DNA from: an uncultured Alphaproteobacteria bacterium
GTDB lineage: Bacteria > Pseudomonadota > Alphaproteobacteria > CACIAM-22H2
Direction of reading: 5' to 3'
Assembly: GCA_963748455.1 (NCBI GenBank)
Contig: CAVVJD010000014.1
Span: forward strand, 232,139-296,138
DNA: 64,000 bases
Position numbers and translations under genes: made by a program. Shown here one piece after another: positions 20,960-30,661 of the stretch. Each line of letters opens with the position of its first letter. Position 1 is the first letter of the stretch. The notes under the pieces are model-generated. The model searched no databases, had not been told where the DNA came from, and saw nothing but the letters and a program-made list of their open reading frames with translations.

Positions 20960-21092
20960 GGGTCCGATCCTCCAGTGCAAAGCGCTTGCGCTCAGGTAAC
21001 GTCGCCAGGCGCTTGGGTTGCCGGAGGATATAAGCACAAAGGCCGGAAGGACACGAAGACGATCGTCTCGATGCGCGAATTCCCCCTTCCAA

Positions 21093-21170
21093 GTCACCCG
21101 CGGGCTTGGCAGCCGCGGGAATCTGACCTCGAGCCGCATCAGAGCGCGAAGGATCAGGCCCGCGCATGAC
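21093..21170. repeat. degenerate palindromic repeat, family B
   Basis: GTCACCCGCGGGCTTG...CAGGCCCGCGCATGAC; first 16 nt identical to the 20342 copy. Confidence 0.7.
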
Positions 21171-21184
21171 AGGATTGAAGAGGC

Positions 21185-22471
21185 TTAGTACGCGCCGAAC
21201 AGCCAGTTGGGGATCACCAGCACCACCCAGGGCACGAAGATCAGCAGCAGGGTGACGAGCGACACCGCGATCAGGAATGGCATCGACTCGCGCGTGTATT
21301 CGCCGATCGGACAACGCAGGACCTGGCAGACCACGAACATGGCGGCGCCCACCGGCGGGGTGTAGTTGCCGATCGTCGCGGCGATGATGAAGACGAGGCC
21401 GAAATGCACGGGGTCGATGTCGTACTGGCGTACCAGCGGCAGGAAGATCGGCGTCAGCATGATGATGAGCACCGAGCCTTCCATGAACGTGCCCGCCACC
21501 AGGATGAAGAGCACGATCAGCACCATGACGAGGTCGGGATCGTCGGTGATGCCGAGCATCCAGGTCGAAATGACCTCCGGAATGCGCTCGAAGACGATGC
21601 CGTAGCCGAAGATGCCTGAGAGGGCGAGCAACAGCATCACCGCGCCGACATCGACCAGGCTGCCCTCCAGCGCCTCGCGCATGCCGGCCAGCGTCAGCAT
21701 GCGATAGGCGAACAGGCCGATGACGACGGCGTAGATGACCGCGAACGCGCCGATCTCCGAGGGCGTGAACACGCCCATGCGCAGGCCGAACAGCAGGATG
21801 ATCGGAAAGAGAATCGCCCAGATGCCGCCCCAGGAGGCGAGCGCCACTTCCTTCACGGTGGGCCGCTTGTCGCGTTCCGGCTTGTAGCCGCGCTTGCGCG
21901 CCGTGATCGAGATGGCGATGGCGAGCGAGGCCCACAGCATCAGCCCGGGAATGATGCCAGCGGCGAAGAGCCGGCCGATCGAAACCTGCCCGACCGTGCC
22001 GTAGAGGATGAAGCCGATGCCCGGCGGGATGATCGGCGCCATCAGGGAGCCGTAGGAGAGCACGCCCGCCGCATAGCCGCGCGAAAAGCCGCGCTTGAGC
22101 ATCTGCGCGCCGAGGATGCGCGAATTCATCGCCGCGTCGGCGATCGAGGAGCCGGTGACGCCGCTCATCAGCGTCGAGAGCGCGATCGACACCTGCGCGA
22201 GCCCACCCTGCATGCGGCCCGTGAGCACGGTCGCGAGCTTGAGCAGATTGTGCGTGATGCCGGAATTGTTGAGGAAGTTGCCGGCGAGGATGAACAGCGG
22301 CACGGCGAGCAGCGCGAAGTTCTGGGTCTCCGTCACGGTCAGCTGGATCGGAATGGTGATCGGCAGCTCGGGATGCTGCAGGAAGAACAGCACGCCGGAA
22401 ATGCCGATGGCGAAGGCTACCGGCATGCCGATCAGCAGCAAGATCGTGAACGCGATGAGGACGATCAGCAT
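21185..22471 (-). CDS. TRAP transporter large permease DctM
   Basis: LLAVPLFILAG, GSSIADAA, PIIPPGIGFILY, GVFTPSE, IDPVHFG, TPPVG. Confidence 0.95.
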   Translation of the reverse strand: MLIVLIAFTILLLIGMPVAFAIGISGVLFFLQHPELPITIPIQLTVTETQNFALLAVPLFILAGNFLNNSGITHNLLKLATVLTGRMQGGLAQVSIALSTLMSGVTGSSIADAAMNSRILGAQMLKRGFSRGYAAGVLSYGSLMAPIIPPGIGFILYGTVGQVSIGRLFAAGIIPGLMLWASLAIAISITARKRGYKPERDKRPTVKEVALASWGGIWAILFPIILLFGLRMGVFTPSEIGAFAVIYAVVIGLFAYRMLTLAGMREALEGSLVDVGAVMLLLALSGIFGYGIVFERIPEVISTWMLGITDDPDLVMVLIVLFILVAGTFMEGSVLIIMLTPIFLPLVRQYDIDPVHFGLVFIIAATIGNYTPPVGAAMFVVCQVLRCPIGEYTRESMPFLIAVSLVTLLLIFVPWVVLVIPNWLFGAY

Positions 22472-22490
22472 TCAGGCGTCGACACGAAAT

Positions 22491-22989
22491 TCAAACGACA
22501 TCCACCGCCCGGTTTTCCATGTGCTCGCCGCGCAACTCGGCACGCACGCGCAAGACCGTGGTGATCAGCAGCAGGGCAGCGCCCACCGGCAAACTCATCG
22601 TCACCCAGGAATAGCTGACCTCCGGAATGCCCTGGAAGCTGCGCGCCCGGCTGATCCAGGACAGATAGACGCCCATCACGATGAGATAGGTGAGAAAGAT
22701 TGTGATGAGCGCGTAATTGATCATGCGGAACAGGGTCTGCACGCGCTCCGGCAGCCTGCTCGGTCAGCACCTCGATCGCCATCAGGCTGTTCTTGCGCCA
22801 GGCGATGTCGGCGCACAGGAAGCAGGCCCAGGCAAAGAAGGCGGTCGCGGCGTCACCGGACCAGTTGATCGGCGGCCCCAGCATTCGCATGACGCCGCCG
22901 AGGAAGATCAGAAGCACCATCAGCACAAGGAACGCGGCGGCGACAAACGCCTCCGCCGCGCACACCTGGTCGTAGAGCCTCTTGAGCAT
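22491..22989 (-). CDS. TRAP transporter small permease DctQ; indel near 22760
   Basis: Four TM segments, PINWSGD, WACFLCA; lies between dctP and dctM. Confidence 0.88.
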
Positions 22990-23017
22990 GCCTTGTGGTC
23001 CCTACCCGCCCGAGTCG

Positions 23018-24016
23018 TTACTTGCCGATCTCCTTGTGCACGGCATTCTTGGCGTCCTGGATCTTCAGCACCTCATACGCCTTGTCGCCGGCCTTGCGGA
23101 AGGCGGCGAGGTCGACGTCCTTGACGATCGTCATGCCGCGGCCCTTGAGTTGCTGCTCGACTTCGGCTTCCAGCTTGAAGATCGTCTTCGACGTTTCCTC
23201 CCCCGCCTTGTCGCATTCCTCGATCAGGGCGGCCTGCAGCTCCTTCGGCAGGGCGTCGAACCATTTGGCGCTGACGACCTCGAAGTTGATCAGCATGATG
23301 TGCTTGGTCTCGTTGGCGAACTTCAACACCTCGTAGAAGCGTCCGCCAGGGATGTTGTTGTAGACGAGCTCAACACCGTCGATCGCACGCTGCTGCAGGC
23401 CCGGATACATCTCGCCGAATGCCATGGCGACCGGCGTGGCGCCGAGTGCGCGGATCGATTCCTGCCAAATCGGCGCGGGCGGCGTGCGGATGCGCAAGCC
23501 CTTCAGATCTTCCGGCGTCTTAACCGGCTTGTTTGTGAAGAAGTGGCGATAACCCTGCACCCAGTTGAACGACACGACCTTGAGACCGAATTTGGTCGCC
23601 AGCTCCTCCTGCCATTTGATGACCGTCGGCGCGGTGCGCAGCTTCGCCACGTCCTCCAGCGTCTCGACAAAATACGGGCCGTTCATCACCGCCATGCCGG
23701 GCACGTAGTTGCCCATGCGCGCGGAATCGGTGTTCTGGCCGACATTCGCGCCCTGGCGGATCTGCTCGATGATGTCCTCTTCCTTGCCGAGCTGGGCGGA
23801 GTGGAACACCTCGATCTTGAGTTGGCCCTTGGTGCGCTCGTCGACGCGCTTGGCCCAGGCGAGGAAACCATCGTGATAGGGCTCCTTGGGCCCCAGCACG
23901 TGGTTGAATTTGAGCTGATAGGTGCGCTGCTGCGCTTGCGCGCCCGGTGCGGCGAAAACCGCGAGCAGCGCGAAGGCGGCCCCGGCGCTCGCTAATCCAC
24001 GAACCAGAGTCTTCAT
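23018..24016 (-). CDS. TRAP transporter substrate-binding protein DctP
   Basis: Signal peptide, IEVFHSAQLG, PEDLKGLRIR, ALGATPVAMAFGEMYPGLQQRAIDG. Confidence 0.95.
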   Translation of the reverse strand: MKTLVRGLASAGAAFALLAVFAAPGAQAQQRTYQLKFNHVLGPKEPYHDGFLAWAKRVDERTKGQLKIEVFHSAQLGKEEDIIEQIRQGANVGQNTDSARMGNYVPGMAVMNGPYFVETLEDVAKLRTAPTVIKWQEELATKFGLKVVSFNWVQGYRHFFTNKPVKTPEDLKGLRIRTPPAPIWQESIRALGATPVAMAFGEMYPGLQQRAIDGVELVYNNIPGGRFYEVLKFANETKHIMLINFEVVSAKWFDALPKELQAALIEECDKAGEETSKTIFKLEAEVEQQLKGRGMTIVKDVDLAAFRKAGDKAYEVLKIQDAKNAVHKEIGK

Positions 24017-24084
24017 TTTATAGGTCCCTCCCGAGATTGGCCGGGCGATCATTGACGGCGCGCCCTTGAGACAGATCGAGGCAA

Positions 24085-24110
24085 CTGGTATATCAGATAC
24101 TGGATATCAG
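24085..24110. promoter_or_regulatory. tandem GntR/FadR-type operator
   Basis: CTGGTATATCAG-ATA-CTGGATATCAG between divergent dctP and gntR. Confidence 0.65.
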
Positions 24111-24173
24111 TCGCAAGGCGCCGCGGTATCGCCACCTCCCTTCAATGTCCTGTGCTGTGAAACGAAGTCACCC

Positions 24174-24863
24174 ATGAAGCTTGTGCGACCGAAATCACTG
24201 ACCGAGATGGTCGCGGACGAAGTGCGCACGCGGATCATCGACGGGCGCATTCGCCTTGGCGCCGGACTGTCCGAGAACAGCTTGGCTGCCGAGCTCGGAA
24301 TCTCAAAGACCCCGGTGCGCGAGGCGCTGCTGCAGCTCAAGCAGGAAGGCCTCGTCCAGGTGCAGCCGCAGCGCGGCACCTATGTGTTTCGCCTGGAGGC
24401 CGAACAGGTCGTGATGATCAGCGAGCTACGCGAGGTGCTCGAACTGGCCGCGGCCAAGGCGGCGGTCGCGCGCAATGGCGCGACGTTGGCCGAGCGCATG
24501 GGCGAGCTCTGCGCGGAAATGCGCGACGCGTTCGAGGCCGATGACCGCATCGCCTATCGCAAGCTCGACGGCGCCTATCACGAGGCGATCATCGATCTCT
24601 GCGGCAACGACTACATCCGCAACGCCTATCGACAGATCAGCTTCTGCGTCGCCGCGTTGCGCTCACGCCTGTCGAACGAAGTGCAGCTCAACAAGCTGTC
24701 TCTAGCCGACCATCGCGAAATGCTGCGGCTGGTGAAGGCGCGCGACGCGGCGGCGTTCACGAAGCTGCTGCGCGCGCATATCAACCACACCAAGCAATCC
24801 TATCTGGATGTGCTGGAGCGCGGCGACTTCCTGGCGGACGAGAAGATCGCGGCGCGGCGCTGA
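24174..24863 (+). CDS. GntR-family (FCD domain) transcriptional regulator
   Basis: LSENSLAAELGISKTPVREALLQLKQEGLV wHTH; FCD domain with conserved His residues. Confidence 0.93.
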   Translation: MKLVRPKSLTEMVADEVRTRIIDGRIRLGAGLSENSLAAELGISKTPVREALLQLKQEGLVQVQPQRGTYVFRLEAEQVVMISELREVLELAAAKAAVARNGATLAERMGELCAEMRDAFEADDRIAYRKLDGAYHEAIIDLCGNDYIRNAYRQISFCVAALRSRLSNEVQLNKLSLADHREMLRLVKARDAAAFTKLLRAHINHTKQSYLDVLERGDFLADEKIAARR

Positions 24864-24867
24864 ATTT

Positions 24868-25035
24868 CCCCTCTCCGCCGCGCAGCGGGGGAGAGGGAGG
24901 GGCCCAACGCGAAGCGTTGGGAGGGTGAGGTGGTGGTGCCGCGCTCACGTAGTCAATCAGATCTAGGCGGAGAGACCCACCTCACCCGCTCGCTGGCGCT
25001 CGCACCCTCTCCCCCCGCTTCGCGGGCGGAGAGGG
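24868..25035. repeat. palindromic REP/RIME-like repeat, family A
   Basis: CCCCTCTCCGCC...GGAGAGGG...GGGTGAGGTGG...CCACCTCACCC...GCGGAGAGGG between convergent gntR and fliJ. Confidence 0.85.
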
Positions 25036-25043
25036 TTAGAGTA

Positions 25044-25460
25044 TCAACCCGACTTGCGGATATGCGCTTTGAGGCTGGTTTCGTCCTGCGCGGCCTGGTC
25101 GCGGCGATCCAGCTCCTGGCGCTGGCGCTTCTTGCGCTCCGCCAGCGTGATTTCGTAGCGCTTGAGCTCGCGGAAGGTTTCCTTGACGCTGTCGTCCTGA
25201 ATCTTAATGCGGCCCTCGACCTCGACCAGCGAGGCGCCGAGCCGGGCGCGGCGGTCGATGACGCCCTGCGCATAGCCCGCATAGGCAAAGGCACCGCTCT
25301 CGGTTGACTTGGCTGCTTCCTGCTCCGCCTTCACGTCGACCTCGAGCTGCGCCATCTGGGCGCGCAGATCGGCGGCCAGCTGCTCGAGGGCCGCGAGCTC
25401 GCGGCGCTTCTCATCGAGGCGCCAGCGGTTCAGTCGAATCAGAGAAGAAAGACCACGCAT
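25044..25460 (-). CDS. fliJ: flagellar export protein FliJ
   Basis: LIRLNRWRLDEKRREL coiled coil, FRELKRYEI; directly downstream of fliI. Confidence 0.9.
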   Translation of the reverse strand: MRGLSSLIRLNRWRLDEKRRELAALEQLAADLRAQMAQLEVDVKAEQEAAKSTESGAFAYAGYAQGVIDRRARLGASLVEVEGRIKIQDDSVKETFRELKRYEITLAERKKRQRQELDRRDQAAQDETSLKAHIRKSG

Positions 25461-25474
25461 CGCTCAATCGTCCT

Positions 25475-26800
25475 TCACGCCTTGGTCAGGCCGAGAATCT
25501 GGGAGAGGCCGCCATAGCCGCCGGCAAGATCGGTGCGCTCCGCCTTGCCTTGGGCCAGGAATTTCTCGAGATCGGGATTGTAGCGGATGGCCTCGTCGAC
25601 CAACGGGTCGGAGCCTTTACGATACGCGCCCAGCCGGATCATCTCCGACATGTCGTCATACTGCGCCAGGAGCTGGCGCGCGCGTGCCACGACTTCATTC
25701 TCCTGGGGCGAATTGCAGCCGGGCATGGTGCGCGAGATCGAGCGCAGGATATTGATCGCCGGGTAGCGGCCGCGCTCGGCGATGGCGCGATCGAGAACGA
25801 TGTGCCCGTCGACGATCGAGCGCACCGCGTCGGTGATCGGCTCGTTGTGATCGTCGCCCTCGACCAGGACGGTGAAGAGGCCGGTGATGCTGCCCTTGCC
25901 CACGCCCGGCCCGGCGCGTTCCAGGAGGCGCGGCAACTCGGCGAAGACGGAGGGCGTATAGCCTTTACTGGCCGGCGGCTCACCGGCGGAGAGGCCGATC
26001 TCGCGCTGCGCCATGGCGAAGCGCGTGACGCTGTCCATCAGGCACAGCACGTCCTTGCCCTGATCGCGGAAATATTCAGCGATCGACAGCGTAAGGTAAG
26101 CGGCCTGCCGGCGCATCAGCGGCGGTTCATCGGAGGTTGCGACGACGACGACGGAGCGGGCCAGCCCCTCCTCGCCCAGATCGTCGGCCAAGAATTCCTG
26201 GACCTCGCGGCCGCGCTCGCCGATCAGGCCGATCACCGTCACGTCGGCGGCGGTGTAGCGCGCCATCATCGACAGCAGCGAAGATTTGCCCACGCCCGAT
26301 CCCGCGAAGATGCCCATGCGCTGGCCACGGCAGCATGTCAAAAATGTGTTGATGGCGCGCACGCCGAGATCGACCTTGCCCTTCACGCGCTGGCGCGAAT
26401 GGGCCGGCGGCGGCGAGGCGCGCAGCGGAAACGGTTCAGCGCCGGATGGCAGCGAGCCCTTCGCATCGAGCGGCTCGCCCAGCGCATTGATCACGCGGCC
26501 CAGCCAGGCCGAATGCGGATAAGCGTCGGATTCGGTCTCGGCGATTTCCGCCTTGCAGCCGAGGCCGACCCCGTCCAATGCGCCAAAAGGCATAAGCAAG
26601 GCACGGTTCTGGCGGAAGCCCACGACCTCGCACGAAATGCGGCGCCCGTGGCGCGCGAGCAAGGTGCAGCGGCCGCCGATCGAGAGCTGATGCTCGACCC
26701 CGCCGATCTCCACCAGCATGCCAAGGACCGCCGTCACCCGCCCGTATAGGCGTTGGGAGGGGATCCGTTCGAGGCTGGAAAGAAGGTGGGCAACGCGCAT
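25475..26800 (-). CDS. fliI: flagellar export ATPase FliI
   Basis: [51 protein letters not shown]. Confidence 0.96.
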   Translation of the reverse strand: MRVAHLLSSLERIPSQRLYGRVTAVLGMLVEIGGVEHQLSIGGRCTLLARHGRRISCEVVGFRQNRALLMPFGALDGVGLGCKAEIAETESDAYPHSAWLGRVINALGEPLDAKGSLPSGAEPFPLRASPPPAHSRQRVKGKVDLGVRAINTFLTCCRGQRMGIFAGSGVGKSSLLSMMARYTAADVTVIGLIGERGREVQEFLADDLGEEGLARSVVVVATSDEPPLMRRQAAYLTLSIAEYFRDQGKDVLCLMDSVTRFAMAQREIGLSAGEPPASKGYTPSVFAELPRLLERAGPGVGKGSITGLFTVLVEGDDHNEPITDAVRSIVDGHIVLDRAIAERGRYPAINILRSISRTMPGCNSPQENEVVARARQLLAQYDDMSEMIRLGAYRKGSDPLVDEAIRYNPDLEKFLAQGKAERTDLAGGYGGLSQILGLTKA

Positions 26801-26882
26801 CAATAAGTCCAAATCCGCAGAAAGCCATGCCGGCGCGGGGAGCCCTTTCGGCCCCCGGGACCCCATTCATCCATGACCCCCA

Positions 26883-27016
26883 TTAAGCTTCCGTAAACGC
26901 TAATCAGGGTTAATTACCGCCGAGAAACCACCCGTTTTTACGGGTTTTTTGCTCTCGTTAAAGAAAGTGAATCCGTTAAACTATTTGTTAACGAGTAGCA
27001 TGGTGATATGGTTAAC
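26883..27016. promoter_or_regulatory. divergent fliI/ctrA promoter with CtrA boxes and a GANTC site
   Basis: TTAA-N7-TAAA (26883-26897), TAAA-N7-TTAA (26977-26991), half-site TTAAC (27012), GAATC (26969-26973). Confidence 0.7.
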
Positions 27017-27050
27017 GTGATTGAATAGAGAAGTAAGAGAGGAGCGGAAG

Positions 27051-27770
27051 ATGCGTGTTTTGCTTGTTGAAGACGATTCTGCGACCGCGAAAAGCATTAG
27101 TTTATTGTTGAAGTCGGAAGGGTTCATTTGCGACACCACCGATCTCGGCGAAGATGGTCTTGAGATCGGCAAGATATACGATTACGACATCATCATCCTC
27201 GACCTGATGCTGCCGGATATCGACGGCTATGAAGTGCTGCGCCGCTTGCGTGCCGCGCGCGTCAAGACGCCGGTTCTCATCCTTTCGGGCCTCGCTGAGC
27301 TGGACAACAAGCTCAAGGGTCTCGGCTTCGGCGCCGACGATTACCTGACGAAGCCCTTCGATAAGCGTGAGTTGTTCGCGCGCATCCATGCGATCGTGCG
27401 CCGCGCCAAGGGCCACTCGCAGTCGATCATCAAGACCGGCAAGCTGACGGTCAATCTCGACACGCGCACGGTGGAAGCCGGCAACCAGCCGATCCACCTC
27501 ACCTCCAAAGAATACGGCATCCTCGAGCTGTTGAGCCTGCGCAAGGGCACGACGCTGACCAAGGAGATGTTCCTCAATCATCTCTACGGCGGCATGGACG
27601 AGCCCGAGCTCAAGATCATCGACGTGTTCGTCTGCAAGCTTCGCAAGAAGCTGGCGCAGGCCTGCGCGGGCGAGAACTACATCGAAACCGTGTGGGGCCG
27701 TGGCTACGTGCTGCGCGATCCGCCGGCGAAGGGCGGCCGCAGCAACGAGCGTCAGGCCGCGACAGCCTAG
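27051..27770 (+). CDS. ctrA: cell-cycle response regulator CtrA
   Basis: [78 protein letters not shown]. Confidence 0.97.
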   Translation: MRVLLVEDDSATAKSISLLLKSEGFICDTTDLGEDGLEIGKIYDYDIIILDLMLPDIDGYEVLRRLRAARVKTPVLILSGLAELDNKLKGLGFGADDYLTKPFDKRELFARIHAIVRRAKGHSQSIIKTGKLTVNLDTRTVEAGNQPIHLTSKEYGILELLSLRKGTTLTKEMFLNHLYGGMDEPELKIIDVFVCKLRKKLAQACAGENYIETVWGRGYVLRDPPAKGGRSNERQAATA

Positions 27771-27796
27771 CTCAGAGCTCCTCCTCTCTTTACTCC

Positions 27797-27839
27797 TGGC
27801 CCGCGGCGTCCTCCGGCACCGCGGGCCATTTCTTTTGGC
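27797..27839 (+). terminator. intrinsic terminator of ctrA
   Basis: TGGCCCGCGG...CCGCGGGCCA followed by TTTCTTTT. Confidence 0.8.
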
Positions 27840-27886
27840 GCGGTACGATCGGCGCAATTGAGCGATGATCCGCTCGTCGAGTCCGG

Positions 27887-28812
27887 CTAGCCGGCTACCG
27901 ACATATGTTGACGGTCGAGCATGCTCGCGAATGTCGCCTGGTCCTGGGGCGTCGCCTGGTTCGGGGTGGCGCCGACAAACGCGCGCGCGAACTCATCAAG
28001 GCGGTCGGCCCCCGGAATATTGACCCCGAGATCCGCAAGGTCGGCGGCAATGGCGCCGGGAACGGGTTCGAAAAAGCGGTTGGTGTCGTTGAGCTTCGCC
28101 GTGTCCGGCACGCGGATGAAAACGATGCGGCACGCGGACGGCAGCGGCTCGTGCGCGATGAACGCCACGCCGGACATGACGCCGCAGAGGACGCTCGCCG
28201 GCGGTCCCGGTAGCTGCAGGCTGATGAACACCGGCATATCGCCGTCCGGTTCGCGTGCCAAGAAATGCATCGACGCGGCCGCCGATCCACACCTCGGCCG
28301 TGAGGTGCGTGTGACGTCCACGAAAGGTCTCTGTATACGTCGCAATCAAGGTGCCGTTCCTGCCCGGCGCAAGACGCAAGGCGCCGCGGACCAACCGGCC
28401 GTGGACATGCGGCGACCAGGCCGGCGAGTAGGCCGCGAAGGCGCCGGCCAAGCGTCGCGACGCCGCCGAGCAGGCCGGCGGCGCGCGGATTGCCCCGCCG
28501 CGAGAGGTTATCCGGAACAGCCAGCGTTGCGGCGTCGACGCCGGTGCGCGCGGATAGCTCGGCGGCAAACGCCTCGAGGCTGCAATCGGCGACCCAGCGT
28601 CCAGGATTGGCCGTGCCGATGACGGCCGCGAAGTCCGCATAAACCGAGGACGCCCGCGGCAGCGATCGCCCTTGCATCCATTTGTTGAGCCGGTCGAGAT
28701 CGCACTGGGTCGCCGGATTCACGCGCCGGAAGCGAGCGCAGAATTCCTTGCGCGAGTTGCAACCGAGCGCTGCCGCGGCGAGCTGCAATTTCGCGGCAAA
28801 AGCGACCACCAT
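27887..28812 (-). CDS. hypothetical protein with probable N-terminal XRE-like HTH and beta-rich C-terminal domain; several indels
   Basis: MVVAFAAKLQLAAAALGCNSRKEFCARF...LDRLNKWMQGRSLPR (W-x-x-G-x-x-x-P pattern); continues through ORFs 27996-28640 and 27887-28345. Confidence 0.6.
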
Positions 28813-28856
28813 GCGCCCCGTCTCCCTCGCACGATTTGAAGGCAGATGATTGCACC

Positions 28857-28886
28857 GGATTTCAGTGGAATGTCCAGGAATTTCCA
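28857..28886. promoter_or_regulatory. 10-bp-period tandem repeat in divergent promoter
   Basis: GGATTTCAGT-GGAATGTCCA-GGAATTTCCA. Confidence 0.45.
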
Positions 28887-29007
28887 GGCTGATCCGCACG
28901 CCATCGTAGAGGAAATGCGCCGTGGCGTGGTTGTCTGGCGCCAGCTCCGGCGACGCTCCGACGTCGCGAACGGACCCGCGCCCGACTTGCAACAAGGAAC
29001 GACGACA

Positions 29008-29667
29008 ATGTCACTCAGAATCAATTCCGAAGCGCCGAATTTCACGGCCGAAACGACGCAAGGCAGCGTCAATTTTCACGATTGGATCGGCAATGGCTGG
29101 GCCATCCTGTTCTCGCATCCCAAGGACTTTACCCCGGTTTGCACTACGGAGCTGGGCTACATGGCCGGCTTGAAGCCGGAGTTCGACAAGCGCAACACCA
29201 AGATCATCGGCCTCAGCGTCGATCCGGTCGAAAATCACTCCAAGTGGGCGAAGGACATCGAGGAGACCCAGGGCCACGCCGTCAACTACCCGATGATCGG
29301 CGATCCCCAGCTCAAGGTGGCAATGGCCTACGACATGTTGCCCGAGGGCGCTGGCACGAGTTCCGAAGGCCGCACCGCCGCCGACAATGCCACCGTGCGT
29401 TCGGTCTTCGTCATCGGCCCCGACAAAAAAATCAAGGCCATGCTGACCTATCCGATGAGCACCGGCCGCAACTTTGACGAGGTCTTGCGGCTCCTCGATT
29501 CCTGCCAGTTGACGGCCAAGCACACGGTGGCGACGCCCGTGAATTGGAAGCCTGGCCAGGACGTCATCATTCCGCCAGCGGTCTCGGACGAGGCCGCGAA
29601 AGCAAAGTTCCCCGGCGGATGGAAGACCGTGAAGCCCTATCTGCGCGTGGTTCCGCAACCGAAGTGA
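29008..29667 (+). CDS. 1-Cys peroxiredoxin (Prx6 family)
   Basis: WAILFSHPKDFTPVCTTE, TVRSVFVIGPDKK, YPMSTGRNFDE, VATPVNWKPG. Confidence 0.95.
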   Translation: MSLRINSEAPNFTAETTQGSVNFHDWIGNGWAILFSHPKDFTPVCTTELGYMAGLKPEFDKRNTKIIGLSVDPVENHSKWAKDIEETQGHAVNYPMIGDPQLKVAMAYDMLPEGAGTSSEGRTAADNATVRSVFVIGPDKKIKAMLTYPMSTGRNFDEVLRLLDSCQLTAKHTVATPVNWKPGQDVIIPPAVSDEAAKAKFPGGWKTVKPYLRVVPQPK

Positions 29668-29763
29668 CGAGCCGGGGAGATCGCAACACCTGCGGTCTCC
29701 CCTTAGTCACTCACGGCATCGGCGGCATCCCAATTTCTTGCAGATGAAAGGATTCAACGCTCC

Positions 29764-30500
29764 ATGACACTGTCTCACCAATTTCCCCCGCTCCCGGGCC
29801 TCGTCGCGGCCACCTTCGCCGCGTCTGTCGGGATTTTCTGACGCCCTCCTCGGCCGACGCGGGGATCGCCCAATGGCAGGCGGAAGTCGCCGCCGGCGCG
29901 CAAGCGAGCTTCGTTGCGACCAACGTCTTCACACCGTCCGTGGTCAATATCGGAACGCTGACGGGCGACATCACCTACGAGTTCGTCGTCAACGGCCAGG
30001 ACCGTGCCACCGCCGGCTCGCTGATGGGCTCGCTCACGGGCGGCCAGAGTCAGGCCATCCGCTTCGAACAGTTCCCCAACACGGGCACCTATGGTGCCAC
30101 GCGCTACCTCATCGCCGACTACGATTTCGGCGTGCCGACGACTTTCGATGCCGACGTGCATCTGGCCTTCGTCGTCAATAGTGCTGCGGGAACCACATCC
30201 CTGTTCGTGAACGGCGTTGACACTGGCGCTACGGTCCCCTTCGCGCTGACCCTCAACGGCCTCGTCGCCATCGGCAACACGGATTTGGGCGGCGGCGGCT
30301 TCCTGGGTGACGATGCGTTCGCGGGTACAGTCCTCGGGCTCGCCACGTACGACGGAGCGCTTTCCGCCGAGGAATTGAAGGTACATGCCGATGCGTTTTT
30401 CACCCCCACCGCCGTGCCGGAGCCGGCGACGTTGGCGATATTCTTGAGTGCCGGCCTTCTCGGTTTCGTCGGGAATCGTTTCAAGAAGCGGAAAACGTAA
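29764..30500 (+). CDS. PEP-CTERM protein with LamG/concanavalin-like domain; indel at ~29835
   Basis: Signal-like N-terminus ending SSADA; HLAFVVNSAAGTTSLFVNGV; C-terminal VPEPATLAIFLSAGLLGFVGNRFKKRKT. Confidence 0.85.
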
Positions 30501-30525
30501 CAGCTTCGGGGCAATCTCGTTAACC

Positions 30526-30566
30526 AGTCCACGGCGTCCTCCGGCACCGCGGACTATTTTTTTGGC
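30526..30566 (+). terminator. intrinsic terminator, paralogous to the ctrA terminator
   Basis: AGTCCACGG...CCGCGGACT plus T-tract; 21-nt core identical to 27804-27824. Confidence 0.75.
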
Positions 30567-30661
30567 AGACCGTGCTGCCATAGCGACGGGAGACGCGGGC
30601 CCGTACGATGATGCTGGCCCGGCCCCGCGCCCCGCCCTATCATCCCCCTTGAGGGGGAGCC

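Noticed and set aside
28846-29007. N-terminal extension of the peroxiredoxin
   Set aside because: Prx6 similarity begins at MSLRIN (29008), which has an AAGGA RBS; the upstream part overlaps promoter-like DNA.
29700-29763. sigma-54 promoter for the first PEP-CTERM gene
   Set aside because: GGCA and TTGCA are present but the GG-to-GC spacing is 14 nt, not 10.
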